Virus record (IMG/VR): IMGVR_UViG_3300043444_000140
Location: 43,036 to 107,035 of that record
Reading direction: 5' to 3' (one strand)
DNA length: 64,000 bases
From: a virus
A program made the position numbers and the translations under genes. This document shows positions 40,415-52,310 of the stretch, piece by piece. The notes below the pieces were generated by a model. The model saw nothing but the letters and a program-made list of their open reading frames with translations. It was not told the origin of the DNA and did no database searches. The number at the start of each line of letters is the position of its first letter. Position 1 is the first letter of the stretch.

Positions 40415-40943
40415 AGACCTAACAGTAGAACACCTTGACGAAGTAAACAAGGTTGTAGAGAAGTATCTTGCAGGCACCGAGCCTACCCAGATCTCTAAAG
40501 AACTTTCTATGCCACGACAAAAGGTTGTGGCTTATATCAATGAGTGGCGTACCATGGCTGCAGACAACGCTGCTATCCGTGCTCGTGCTAAAGAAGCATT
40601 GGTCGGAGCAGATACTCACTACACTAAACTAATTAGTAAAGCATACGAGGTGATTGATGAAGCAACCACAGTTGCTAACCTAGGTGCAAAGACCGCAGGT
40701 ATTAAGTTGGTCATGGATCTTGAGAAGACACGTATTGAGATGCTACAAAAGGCAGGACTACTTGAGAACAAGGAACTTGCCGAAGAGATGATCGCTATTG
40801 AGAACCGTCAGGAGATTCTGGTTGCTATCCTAAAGGATATCGCTGCAGAACACCCAGAGGTAAGAGACAAGATTATGCGTAGATTGTCAGAAGCATCTAA
40901 GGATAAAGAAGTAATCACAGTGGTGGTCTCTAACGATGTTTGA
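40404..40943 (+). CDS. probable terminase small subunit
   Basis: N-terminal HTH then helical body; overlaps terminase large subunit start. Confidence 0.6.
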   Translation: MSFEDLTVEHLDEVNKVVEKYLAGTEPTQISKELSMPRQKVVAYINEWRTMAADNAAIRARAKEALVGADTHYTKLISKAYEVIDEATTVANLGAKTAGIKLVMDLEKTRIEMLQKAGLLENKELAEEMIAIENRQEILVAILKDIAAEHPEVRDKIMRRLSEASKDKEVITVVVSNDV

Positions 40944-42711
40944 TGATTTTTTAGAAGCACTCAAGTCCGATAATTTTGCAGAGCGTCCTGTAGATGCCAA
41001 GACATTTGTTGAGGGCGAGGCGTATCTAAACCAGCCACCACTGTCTCAGGTACAGTATGACATCGTAGAGGCTATGTCACAAATTTACAAACTTGACGAT
41101 CTTATCGAACTACTGGGGGAGACTGAGGGTAGAAGGTATTACAACAAGTACACCAAGAACGAGGTAATTCTCCAACTTGGCAAGGGTTCTGGAAAAGACT
41201 TTACGTCTACCGTAGCCTGTGCGTATATTGTGTACAAACTACTCTGCCTAAAGGATCCTGCCCGATACTTTGGCAAGCCTTCTGGCGATGCTATTGATAT
41301 TATTAACGTTGCCATTAACGCTCAGCAGGCTAAGAATGTTTTCTTTAAAGGCTTTAAAACAAAGATTGAGAAGTCGCCATGGTTTGCTGGAAAGTTTTAT
41401 GCAAAGGCAGACAGCATTGAATTCGACCACTCTATCACAGTTTATTCAGGTCACTCAGAGCGAGAATCTCACGAGGGTCTTAACCTTATTCTTGCGGTAC
41501 TAGACGAGATCTCTGGATTCGCATCTGAGGTTGGTACAGGTAACGACCAAGGCAAGACAGCAGATAACATCTACAAAGCCTTCCGTGCTTCTGTAGACTC
41601 TCGTTTCCCAGACCTAGGAAAGGTAGCACTGCTATCATTCCCTCGTTACCCAGGAGACTTTATCTCTTCAAGATACGACGCTGTAATTGCAGAAAAAGAT
41701 GTTATAACAAAGACTCACAGGTTTGTTATGAATCCAGAACTTCCTGCAGACCAAGAGGGTAACTATCTAGATATCGAGTGGGACGAAGACACGATCGTTT
41801 CCTATAAGTATCCAGGCATGTTTGCCCTTAAGCGTCCTACCTGGGTAGTCAACCCTACTAGACAAATTGATGACTTTAAACTTGCGTTCTTCACAGACCT
41901 TGGAGATGCGATGCAACGTTTTGCTTGTATTCCAACCTTCTCGTCTGACAGATTCTTTAAGCAGGAAGACAAGATCCGTTCTGCTATGAGCATCCGCAAT
42001 CCTCTAGATACACATAGGAGATTTGAGGAATCATTTAAGCCAGACCCAGACAAAATTTATTACGTCCACGCTGACCTTGCACAGAAGCATGACAAGTGTG
42101 CTGTTGCTATTGCTCACGTAGACAAGTGGGTAAATCTGCAGGTACTGAAGGACTACAACCAAGTAGCACCTATCGTAGTGGTAGATGCTGTAGCATGGTG
42201 GGAGCCAAGAGTAGAGGGTCCAGTAAACCTATCGGAGGTTAAGCAGTGGATTCAAAACCTACGCAGACTAGGCTTTAATATTGGAATGGTCTCATTTGAC
42301 CGCTGGCAGTCTTTTGACATTCAGAACGAACTAAAGCAGGTTGGAATGAGAACTGAGACTGTTTCTGTTGCTAAGAAGCACTACGAAGACATGGCAATGT
42401 TGGTCTATGAAGACCGCCTGGTTATGCCAGCAATTGATTTGCTATTCGAAGAATTGACAGAACTTAAGATTGTAAAACAAAATAGAGTTGACCACCCTCG
42501 CAAATCCTCCAAGGACTTGGCGGATGCTGTGTGTGGTGCAATATTTGGAGCAATATCACACACTCCAAAGGACCAAAACCTTGAGGTTGAGGTTCATACT
42601 TTCAGAGATCGCCCTAAGCAGGCTCTTGACACAGATCAGAATGGTGTGATACAATATAAGCCTATGCCAAAAGAGGTTAAAGAATACCTGGCTAGATTCG
42701 ATCTAATCTAA
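40936..42711 (+). CDS. terL: terminase large subunit
   Basis: Walker A GKGSGKD, Walker B AVLDE, nuclease VHADLA, DHP..SSKDLADA. Confidence 0.92.
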   Translation: MFDDFLEALKSDNFAERPVDAKTFVEGEAYLNQPPLSQVQYDIVEAMSQIYKLDDLIELLGETEGRRYYNKYTKNEVILQLGKGSGKDFTSTVACAYIVYKLLCLKDPARYFGKPSGDAIDIINVAINAQQAKNVFFKGFKTKIEKSPWFAGKFYAKADSIEFDHSITVYSGHSERESHEGLNLILAVLDEISGFASEVGTGNDQGKTADNIYKAFRASVDSRFPDLGKVALLSFPRYPGDFISSRYDAVIAEKDVITKTHRFVMNPELPADQEGNYLDIEWDEDTIVSYKYPGMFALKRPTWVVNPTRQIDDFKLAFFTDLGDAMQRFACIPTFSSDRFFKQEDKIRSAMSIRNPLDTHRRFEESFKPDPDKIYYVHADLAQKHDKCAVAIAHVDKWVNLQVLKDYNQVAPIVVVDAVAWWEPRVEGPVNLSEVKQWIQNLRRLGFNIGMVSFDRWQSFDIQNELKQVGMRTETVSVAKKHYEDMAMLVYEDRLVMPAIDLLFEELTELKIVKQNRVDHPRKSSKDLADAVCGAIFGAISHTPKDQNLEVEVHTFRDRPKQALDTDQNGVIQYKPMPKEVKEYLARFDLI

Positions 42712-42736
42712 CTATAAATATAAGGAGAAACAAAAC

Positions 42737-43666
42737 ATGACTTCATTTAAGAAGCCACTTATCGCTATTGCTTCTGCACTAGCACTCGTAGGAACTGTTC
42801 TTTCAGTACCTGCAAACGCTGCAACCGCAGCACTCACTGTAAACGCTGTTGCTGTTGCAACTGCTCCAACGACAGCGGTAAACGCTGTAGCACTTCCTGT
42901 TCCATCGGATAACTCGGTGGATTCTGGTGATGCTCTAAAGATTGCTCTAACTGGAGTAACTGTTGGAAGCACCGTAACTGCTACTGCAACTGACGCACTA
43001 TTGCTAACCAGCCTAACTGGTGCAACTGCTGCTTCTGGTTCGGCAACTGTTTCTGTAGCGACTGGTACTGGTACCACTGCAGACATCTTCGTATTCACCA
43101 AGACTACTAAGACTGGCACTGTTGTTGTTACCGCAGACAACGTTACCACTACCTACTACGTAAAGGGTACTGCTGGTGCTCTAAACACCATAAAGGTAGA
43201 TGCACCTACTGCTGCTCTTGGAACCACCGCTAAGGTAACTGTTACTGGCACTGACGTATTCGGCAATGCTGTTAATGGTTCAACCGTATCGCTCCAGGTA
43301 GTAAGCAAGACTGCAACGACCACCTACTCGCTAACCACTGCAAATGATGGTACTGCCGTTAAGGAACTTGCTGGTCTATCGGTAGACACCTATGACCTTA
43401 TCGCAACTGCTACCGTAGCATCTGCTGTAACTGGTCTAACCGCTCCTACTGGCTTTGTCCGTGGCACCCTAAAGGTTGTAGACCTTGCTGCTCTAGTGGC
43501 AGAGAAGGATGCAGAACTCGCTATCGCTAAGGCAACCATTGCAGATCTAACTGCTAAGTTGGCTATTGCAGAGGCTGCTGCTGCTGGTAACAAGGCAAAG
43601 CACAACGCACTTGCTGCTAAGTGGAACAAGAAGTTCCCCAAGAACAAGGTTGCACTACTCAAGTAA
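42737..43666 (+). CDS. exported Ala/Thr/Val-rich Ig-like surface protein
   Basis: Sec signal peptide (MTSFKK-hydrophobic-PANA), Big-like TDVFGNAV motif, C-terminal coiled coil; AAGGAG RBS. Confidence 0.7.
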   Translation: MTSFKKPLIAIASALALVGTVLSVPANAATAALTVNAVAVATAPTTAVNAVALPVPSDNSVDSGDALKIALTGVTVGSTVTATATDALLLTSLTGATAASGSATVSVATGTGTTADIFVFTKTTKTGTVVVTADNVTTTYYVKGTAGALNTIKVDAPTAALGTTAKVTVTGTDVFGNAVNGSTVSLQVVSKTATTTYSLTTANDGTAVKELAGLSVDTYDLIATATVASAVTGLTAPTGFVRGTLKVVDLAALVAEKDAELAIAKATIADLTAKLAIAEAAAAGNKAKHNALAAKWNKKFPKNKVALLK

Positions 43667-43683
43667 TTGAGGTATAATTGATT

Positions 43684-43713
43684 AGGGAGAGGGTTTCGGC
43701 TCTCTCCCTTTTC
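43684..43713 (+). terminator. intrinsic terminator
   Basis: AGGGAGAG-loop-CTCTCCCT followed by TTT. Confidence 0.75.
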
Positions 43714-43748
43714 TATCCCCAGCGTATTTAAAAAAGGAGTTAAAATAG

Positions 43749-44151
43749 ATGTCCATAGATATCGTATACTTCTCAAATTATTCGGGGAACACCAAAAGAT
43801 TTGTGGAGAAACTAAATGCTAGACACAACAATGTTACTCGTATCCCTATTGATTGGGATAACGACAACCCTATTACTGTCACTAACGGTTATGTACTTTT
43901 TGTACCGACTTATGGTGGGGGTAGTGAGAGATCTGCAATACCCAGACAGGTTCGACACTTTTTAAACATTTCTAGCAATAGGGATATGCTCCAGGGCATC
44001 GTAGCCTTTGGCAATACTAATTTTGGAGAGCATTACTGCAAGGCTGCAGAGATGATCTCAGGGAAGACTGGTGTCCCAATAATAGCCAGAGTAGAGATAT
44101 TTGGAACGTCAGAAGACGTACAAAGAGTACAGGAGAGGTTGGAACAACTAT

Positions 44152-44159
<8 letters not shown>
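43749..44159 (+). CDS. nrdI: flavodoxin NrdI
   Basis: [30 protein letters not shown]. Confidence 0.95.
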
Positions 44160-47210
<3,051 letters not shown>

Positions 47211-47222
47211 ATAAAAACATTA

Positions 47223-47245
47223 AGGGGGCGAAAGCCCCCTTTTTG
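47223..47245 (+). terminator. intrinsic terminator after nrdF
   Basis: AGGGGGC-GAAA-GCCCCCT then TTTT. Confidence 0.85.
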
Positions 47246-47305
47246 TCTATCTAAATGATGCTATAATTAAATTGTTAGTCTTAAGATTAACAAGGAGACC
47301 CCAAA

Positions 47306-49177
47306 ATTAAAAAACCCCAAAGATTTTTCCTAGCGTTGTTACTAGCCTTTGCACCACTTCTTGTAGCATCTATGGCTTTTGCAGAGACAAGAGCGGAGTA
47401 CGATGCAGTCGTGGCTTCAGCACAGGCTAAAGTTTCTGCTGCCCAGGAGGCTCTCAGTAGGGCACAAGAGGCTTATAACTCAGCAGTTGGTGCTGGAGTA
47501 TCCCTAGATTCGCAAATAGCACAGGCAGAGCAGGCACTAGGTGTAGCCCAAGCAGCCTACGACCAGTCCCAAATTCCAGATCCAGCGTGGACCAGACCGC
47601 TAAAAGAGGAAATCTATACTGTTAGTGTTCCGTACACAGTTCAGGTTCCATATACAGTCATAGAACAAACTACGTCTCAGGTGTCTAGAACCATTCAGGT
47701 TCCACACACAGAAACGGTAACGACAACAAGCCAGGTTGCTCGTACAACATATGTTACCAGCGGTGGAATAACTGCAGAAATGTATAATCGACGAGGGTAT
47801 AATCAAGCACCACCGCTACCATATGCAGGAGAGACCCCAGTCCTAACGACAACAGTGCCAAACATTGACTTTCAGTGGGGTGGAGGGTATATCCTTCAGG
47901 AAGGTAACGTGTGGTATGGGGAAGACGTTGTTGTCAAGTTTACTGGCAACCTGTTGTTTCCAGCAGATGGACAGTATCAGTTCTATGCCCCAGCAGACGA
48001 TGGTGTCATCTTTGACCTTGCTGGTATGAGGCTGATCAGCGACTGGGTAGACAAGGGTGGAGGAGGATCAGTTACCCAGCCCGTCAACATTATGGGCGGT
48101 GTTCTTTATCCTTTCACACTGTACTACTATGAGAATGGTGGTGGAGCATGGGTTCAACTAAATGCTAAATTAGTTAGTGATGCAAATTTCCAGGTAGTTC
48201 CAGCAGCATGGTTAGGAACACAGGTAACGGAGACAACCACATATGAAGACGTAACAACCACGTCTGAAGTAATTGTCTACACAGAAGAGGTGGTGATTGA
48301 CACGGTTATCACCGATGTTGAGGTAACTCTTTTCAGAGACGAAGTTGCATACAGAGAAGAGGAGCGAATCCGCTTAGTTCCAGATGAAGATGCAGAGCAC
48401 CCAAAGATCAAGAATCCAGATCTCCTCCCAGCGATATCTGACGCACAGTCTAATCTAAACAATCTTAAGAGTTCTAAGGCTCAAAACTCAGGTATAATAG
48501 AAGCAGCATCTGCCGATGTTAGCACAAAACAACAGGAGTTAAATGTCGCTCAACAAGAATTGGAAGCCATTCCACCATTCAGAGAGCCAACACCTACGCC
48601 TACGGAGACCGAGAGCCCTTCTCCAGAGCCAACAGAAACTGAGCCTGAACCGCTACCAGAGCCAGAGCAAACAGAAACCCCCAAGCCAGAACCAGAACCT
48701 GAGTTACGAGTAGAAGAAGCGGTATCTGAGATTCAGAATCTGGTAGAAGTAGCACCAGAAGAACTGACAGATGCCCAGGCAGAACAACTTGTCGCAGCAG
48801 CCCTCGTTGTATTTGAAACAGCAGAGCAAGGCTCACCAGCATATGAACAGGCACTAGAGGCACTTGCCGTTGCTGCTATTGCAGATGACCCACAATTGCC
48901 AGCAGAGTTAGCAGCCATTCCTGGAGCAGAAGCAGTTCTAGAAACATTTAACGCCATTGGAAACGTGGGGGCTGACATGTCTCCAGAGGTTCGTGAAGAA
49001 GCAGAACAAACGGTTATCGCATCTGTTATTGCTACAGGTGCAGCAGTAAATGCAACGGTTGCAGCAGCCACAACTGCAGCAGCCACAACAACTTCGTCAT
49101 CAGGTGGTTCGTCTGGTGGCGGTGGTGGAGCATCAGGATCAAGTTCTGGTGGCAGAACAAATAGGAAGGTGAACTAA
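47306..49177 (+). CDS. exported PA14-domain surface protein (probable ATT start)
   Basis: PA14 motifs IDFQWGGG, FYAPADDG, LYYYENGGGA; signal peptide completed only by extending to ATT 47306; Pro/Glu/Thr linker; C-terminal hydrophobic segment plus basic tail. Confidence 0.8.
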   Translation: MKKPQRFFLALLLAFAPLLVASMAFAETRAEYDAVVASAQAKVSAAQEALSRAQEAYNSAVGAGVSLDSQIAQAEQALGVAQAAYDQSQIPDPAWTRPLKEEIYTVSVPYTVQVPYTVIEQTTSQVSRTIQVPHTETVTTTSQVARTTYVTSGGITAEMYNRRGYNQAPPLPYAGETPVLTTTVPNIDFQWGGGYILQEGNVWYGEDVVVKFTGNLLFPADGQYQFYAPADDGVIFDLAGMRLISDWVDKGGGGSVTQPVNIMGGVLYPFTLYYYENGGGAWVQLNAKLVSDANFQVVPAAWLGTQVTETTTYEDVTTTSEVIVYTEEVVIDTVITDVEVTLFRDEVAYREEERIRLVPDEDAEHPKIKNPDLLPAISDAQSNLNNLKSSKAQNSGIIEAASADVSTKQQELNVAQQELEAIPPFREPTPTPTETESPSPEPTETEPEPLPEPEQTETPKPEPEPELRVEEAVSEIQNLVEVAPEELTDAQAEQLVAAALVVFETAEQGSPAYEQALEALAVAAIADDPQLPAELAAIPGAEAVLETFNAIGNVGADMSPEVREEAEQTVIASVIATGAAVNATVAAATTAAATTTSSSGGSSGGGGGASGSSSGGRTNRKVN

Positions 49178-49348
49178 ATGAAGAAATTTCTAAATGATAT
49201 CCTTGGTCAGGCTTGGACACTACTAGGTATGTTTGTTGCTTGGGTAGTTCTAGAAGGCTCTGCCAAGACAATTGTTGGCTATTGTATCTTAGGTACTTTG
49301 GCTTTGTGGACATTGACTTATCCACTAAGAAATGAAAAAGAAGATTAA
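49178..49348 (+). CDS. small two-TM membrane protein (56 aa, not in ORF track)
   Basis: Manual translation MKKFLNDILGQAWTLLGMFVAWVVLEGSAKTIVGYCILGTLALWTLTYPLRNEKED; GAAGGTG upstream. Confidence 0.75.
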   Translation: MKKFLNDILGQAWTLLGMFVAWVVLEGSAKTIVGYCILGTLALWTLTYPLRNEKED

Positions 49349-49374
49349 ACACATAAAGGAAGGAGTTGTTTAAT

Positions 49375-49635
49375 ATGGTAAAAACTATTGCAGATATTTT
49401 TGCAAGAATGGTAGCGGTCTTTGTGATCTCGGCACTTGGTGTTCTTGGTGCTGGTGCTGTAGCAGGAGTCGAAGTCATTCAGGCAGTTTTCATGGCAGGT
49501 CTACTTGGCGTAGCACGTGTACTTGAGGACCTAGCAAAGTCATTCCTACAGGATGGCAAATTGACCCAGGCTGAGATTAACTCGGCATTCCGCAAGGAGC
49601 ACAGACGTGCTGAGGAAGAAGACGCTCAGAATTAA
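49375..49635 (+). CDS. small membrane protein
   Basis: Two hydrophobic segments then DGKLTQAEIN; AGGAG RBS. Confidence 0.7.
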   Translation: MVKTIADIFARMVAVFVISALGVLGAGAVAGVEVIQAVFMAGLLGVARVLEDLAKSFLQDGKLTQAEINSAFRKEHRRAEEEDAQN

Positions 49636-49703
49636 TAGTCAACCCCTTGACTACCCTCTCTAGTTGGTGTAAAATAGATATACTACCTAGAGAGGGTTTT
49701 CAC

Positions 49704-49886
49704 ATGAGCGAAGTAAATTGGAATGAGTTTGGGGATTGGCTCCAGGCTGGTATTGATAAGGGCTGGGTAACTGAGCCTTTCTGTTACACCCACGATGGTG
49801 ATCCATATATGACAGAAGAAGAAGAAAAAGAGTGGGAAGAGGGCGGAGACCCTTGTGCACCAGTTATTAAGATTTTGGACAATTAA
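49704..49886 (+). CDS. small acidic hypothetical protein
   Basis: MSEVNW...CYTHDG...WEEGGDPC; promoter TTGACT-17-TAAAAT upstream. Confidence 0.65.
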   Translation: MSEVNWNEFGDWLQAGIDKGWVTEPFCYTHDGDPYMTEEEEKEWEEGGDPCAPVIKILDN

Positions 49887-50755
49887 TGAAAAAACTAATT
49901 AGCATTGCGTCAGCAGTTGTTCTAGCACTATCTGTTTCTCCAGCACAAGCAAATGAAAATACATCCGTAGTGATTATTGATAGTGGGTTTGATAGTGAAC
50001 TTCTTAATCCAATTAAAGAAGTTTGCATCCTAGTAACCAAGAATTGCAACAACGGCACAGCATTTGACGACTCGATCGGAGCATCTGATACAGGTCTGAC
50101 ATTGATGTCAAACTGGAAATCGGAATGGGCACATGGAACCAAGATGGCAGACATCGTACGCCAGATCAATCCGAGTGCAGACATTATTCTTATTCGTAAT
50201 GCTATCGTAACACCAAGAGGTGCAGTAAATATTGGCGGTACCAAAGAGTTTGAATTGTCATTGCAATGGGTAAAAGACAATGCCAAAAAGTATAACATCT
50301 CTGCAGTATCTTTCTCACGTGGATCAAACACGTGGACCAAAACTGGCAAGGGTTGCCCGATTGATGCAGGCATTCAGTCTAAGATTGTAGACTTGCAATC
50401 GCTTGGTGTTGCTACAGTAATCGCTGCTGGAAATAACGGAGACAAGGTGAACGTTAGTTATCCTGGTTGTATTCCAGAGGCTGTTACCATCAGTGGTATT
50501 TACTCACAGAACTACACTCCAAAGATTTGGTCTTCGTATCGTGAGACTCGTGGCACTAACTCTGGATTTCTAACGGACTTCTTTGCAATGGGCAATTTCA
50601 AGACTATTGCTGGACCAGTCGCTGAGTCCACATCATCTTCTGCTGCTGCTTTTGCAGGGTATTGGAGCAAGGTCTACAACGCATCATACCAGCAAACCTA
50701 TAACAGTATCCTGCAGTCTAGCAAAAACAAGTTTGTGGATGTTATTAATCAATGA
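49886..50755 (+). CDS. secreted subtilisin-like (S8) serine protease
   Basis: Signal peptide ..AQA; IIDSG (Asp), HGTKM (His), AAGNNG oxyanion, STSSS (Ser). Confidence 0.85.
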   Translation: MKKLISIASAVVLALSVSPAQANENTSVVIIDSGFDSELLNPIKEVCILVTKNCNNGTAFDDSIGASDTGLTLMSNWKSEWAHGTKMADIVRQINPSADIILIRNAIVTPRGAVNIGGTKEFELSLQWVKDNAKKYNISAVSFSRGSNTWTKTGKGCPIDAGIQSKIVDLQSLGVATVIAAGNNGDKVNVSYPGCIPEAVTISGIYSQNYTPKIWSSYRETRGTNSGFLTDFFAMGNFKTIAGPVAESTSSSAAAFAGYWSKVYNASYQQTYNSILQSSKNKFVDVINQ

Positions 50756-51951
50756 CCAATCTATTCTTAAGTGGACCGTTTGACTATAAGGGTAAGGGCT
50801 GGGGCTATGCCCACTATTCCTATGGCTTTGCCATGGAATCTTTTGCGGAGGTAGCGACTAAAGAGGATTCTGTGTGTGGATACTTCTCGTATCCGTTTAC
50901 TCTTGGATCTGCCAAAACCCAAATGAGGCAGTACAAGGATCCAGTCAGCATATCCTTTTTGCCACCAGACGTGGCTCTACTAATACCAAGACAGAAAAAC
51001 ATCTGTGTGTTTGCATGGGAGTTTGATAGGTTGCCAGTAAAAAGCGATGGGAACAATGGTATCTTTAAAAAGGATTATGCTTCTACACTAAAGAAGTTTG
51101 ACCATGTCATTACGCTATCGTCCTACTCCCAGTCAGCCCTGAAGACGTATGGGATAGATTCTTTTGTGCTTCCTTCAGCAGTATCGCCAAAAGAGATTGA
51201 TCCTGGAGAGTCTATTGACGACTTGCCATGTTACACACTAAGCACAGTCTCAGACTATTACAAAGACCATGAGCCAGAATCATTAGCAAACTTGTTAGAC
51301 AAATCGGATCATGAAAAAAGATTCCTCTACATTCTTAACCCACACGACATTAGAAAGAACTTTGGCAACCTTGTTACGGCATTCGTAAAATTTAGACAGG
51401 AACATCCAGACGCAATTCTTTTGCTTAAAATGACTGCACAGGGAGATCTTGGGAAGTTGCAGGCAACCGCTTTTAGGAGAGAGTTTCCTTCATTCCCAGA
51501 AACAACGTTCGACAATGTTTATTTTATTCCACAAAAGTTGTCGGATAGCGAACTACAAATGCTAATTAACTCTTGTCAAAACTATGTGTCTCCTAGTCGT
51601 GCAGAGGGGCAGAACCTGCCATTATGTGAGGCTATGGTATCTGGCAGGGTATGCATAACTCCAGATCATACATCAATGAGTGATTACGTTACTAACGATT
51701 CGGCAATTATTCTTGAGTCCAATACCTGGATGATAGATGAATCTACGCACAAGTACAAAGACTTCTGGGGATTCTCATGGTTTAATGTGGGAGAACAGAC
51801 AATTCTTGATGCACTTAATCGGGCAATATCATTGACATCAGAAGAGAAAACTGCTATGCTTAATAAAGCAAAACAGAACGTAGAGAACTTTTGCTCACCA
51901 GAATCAGTTCTTCAAAAATGGCAACAAATAAAGTTGCAAATAGGAATCTGA
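50752..51951 (+). CDS. GT-B (family 4-like) glycosyltransferase
   Basis: RKNFGNLVTAF, SPSRAEGQNLPLCEAMVSG. Confidence 0.85.
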   Translation: MTNLFLSGPFDYKGKGWGYAHYSYGFAMESFAEVATKEDSVCGYFSYPFTLGSAKTQMRQYKDPVSISFLPPDVALLIPRQKNICVFAWEFDRLPVKSDGNNGIFKKDYASTLKKFDHVITLSSYSQSALKTYGIDSFVLPSAVSPKEIDPGESIDDLPCYTLSTVSDYYKDHEPESLANLLDKSDHEKRFLYILNPHDIRKNFGNLVTAFVKFRQEHPDAILLLKMTAQGDLGKLQATAFRREFPSFPETTFDNVYFIPQKLSDSELQMLINSCQNYVSPSRAEGQNLPLCEAMVSGRVCITPDHTSMSDYVTNDSAIILESNTWMIDESTHKYKDFWGFSWFNVGEQTILDALNRAISLTSEEKTAMLNKAKQNVENFCSPESVLQKWQQIKLQIGI

Positions 51952-51972
51952 TCCTGTATAATTGAATAGTAT

Positions 51973-52045
51973 TCCTCCTTAACTCAGTTGGTAGAGTGTT
52001 CGGCTGTTAACCGAAATGTCGTTGGTTCGAGTCCAGCAGGAGGAG
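51973..52045 (+). tRNA. tRNA-Asn(GTT)
   Basis: Full cloverleaf; TTCGG-CTGTTAA-CCGAA anticodon arm; TTCGAGT T-loop. Confidence 0.95.
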
Positions 52046-52048
52046 CAA

Positions 52049-52236
52049 TAGGGGTCGCACCCCTAGGAGGCTGATATACCTTCGTAAACGTATATTCGGT
52101 TTGACTAAGCATACCGAGATCCTAATAGACTGGGATTCTAAAAGTTTTAGCGTTGGCTCTATGAACCTTTGTAGAGACGTTTTACTGGTAGCGAAATTAC
52201 TAGTCGGTGAGCAGAGGTCGCTAACTTTGGCTCACA
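52049..52236 (+). ncRNA. unassigned structured RNA between tRNAs (segment A)
   Basis: Consecutive stems: TAGGGGT/ACCCCTA, ATATAC/GTATAT, TCGGT/ACCGA, CTCTAT/GTAGAG, ACTGGTA/TACTAGT, GTGAGC/GCTCAC; no credible ORF. Confidence 0.55.
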
Positions 52237-52239
52237 ACT

Positions 52240-52306
52240 GGATAGGTAGTTTAATGGCAAAACTGCAAGGAACGGCAAGTTGGGAGTTCGAATCTCCCTC
52301 TATCCA
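52240..52306 (+). ncRNA. tRNA-like RNA with truncated anticodon arm
   Basis: Acceptor GGATAGG/TCTATCC, D arm GTTT-AATGGCA-AAAC, T arm GGGAG-TTCGAAT-CTCCC; only TGC-AAGGAACG-GCA at anticodon position. Confidence 0.75.
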
Positions 52307-52310
52307 CAAA

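Noticed and set aside
48580-48705. Tandem-like DNA repeats (CCAGAG/CCAGAA)
   Set aside because: They simply encode the Pro/Glu/Thr linker of the PA14 protein
52049-52306. tmRNA, RNase P RNA, SRP RNA or Y RNA identity for the structured region
   Set aside because: No G3-U70 alanine acceptor or tag ORF, no GAGGAAAGUCC, no SRP core motif, and no Ro60 gene in the window
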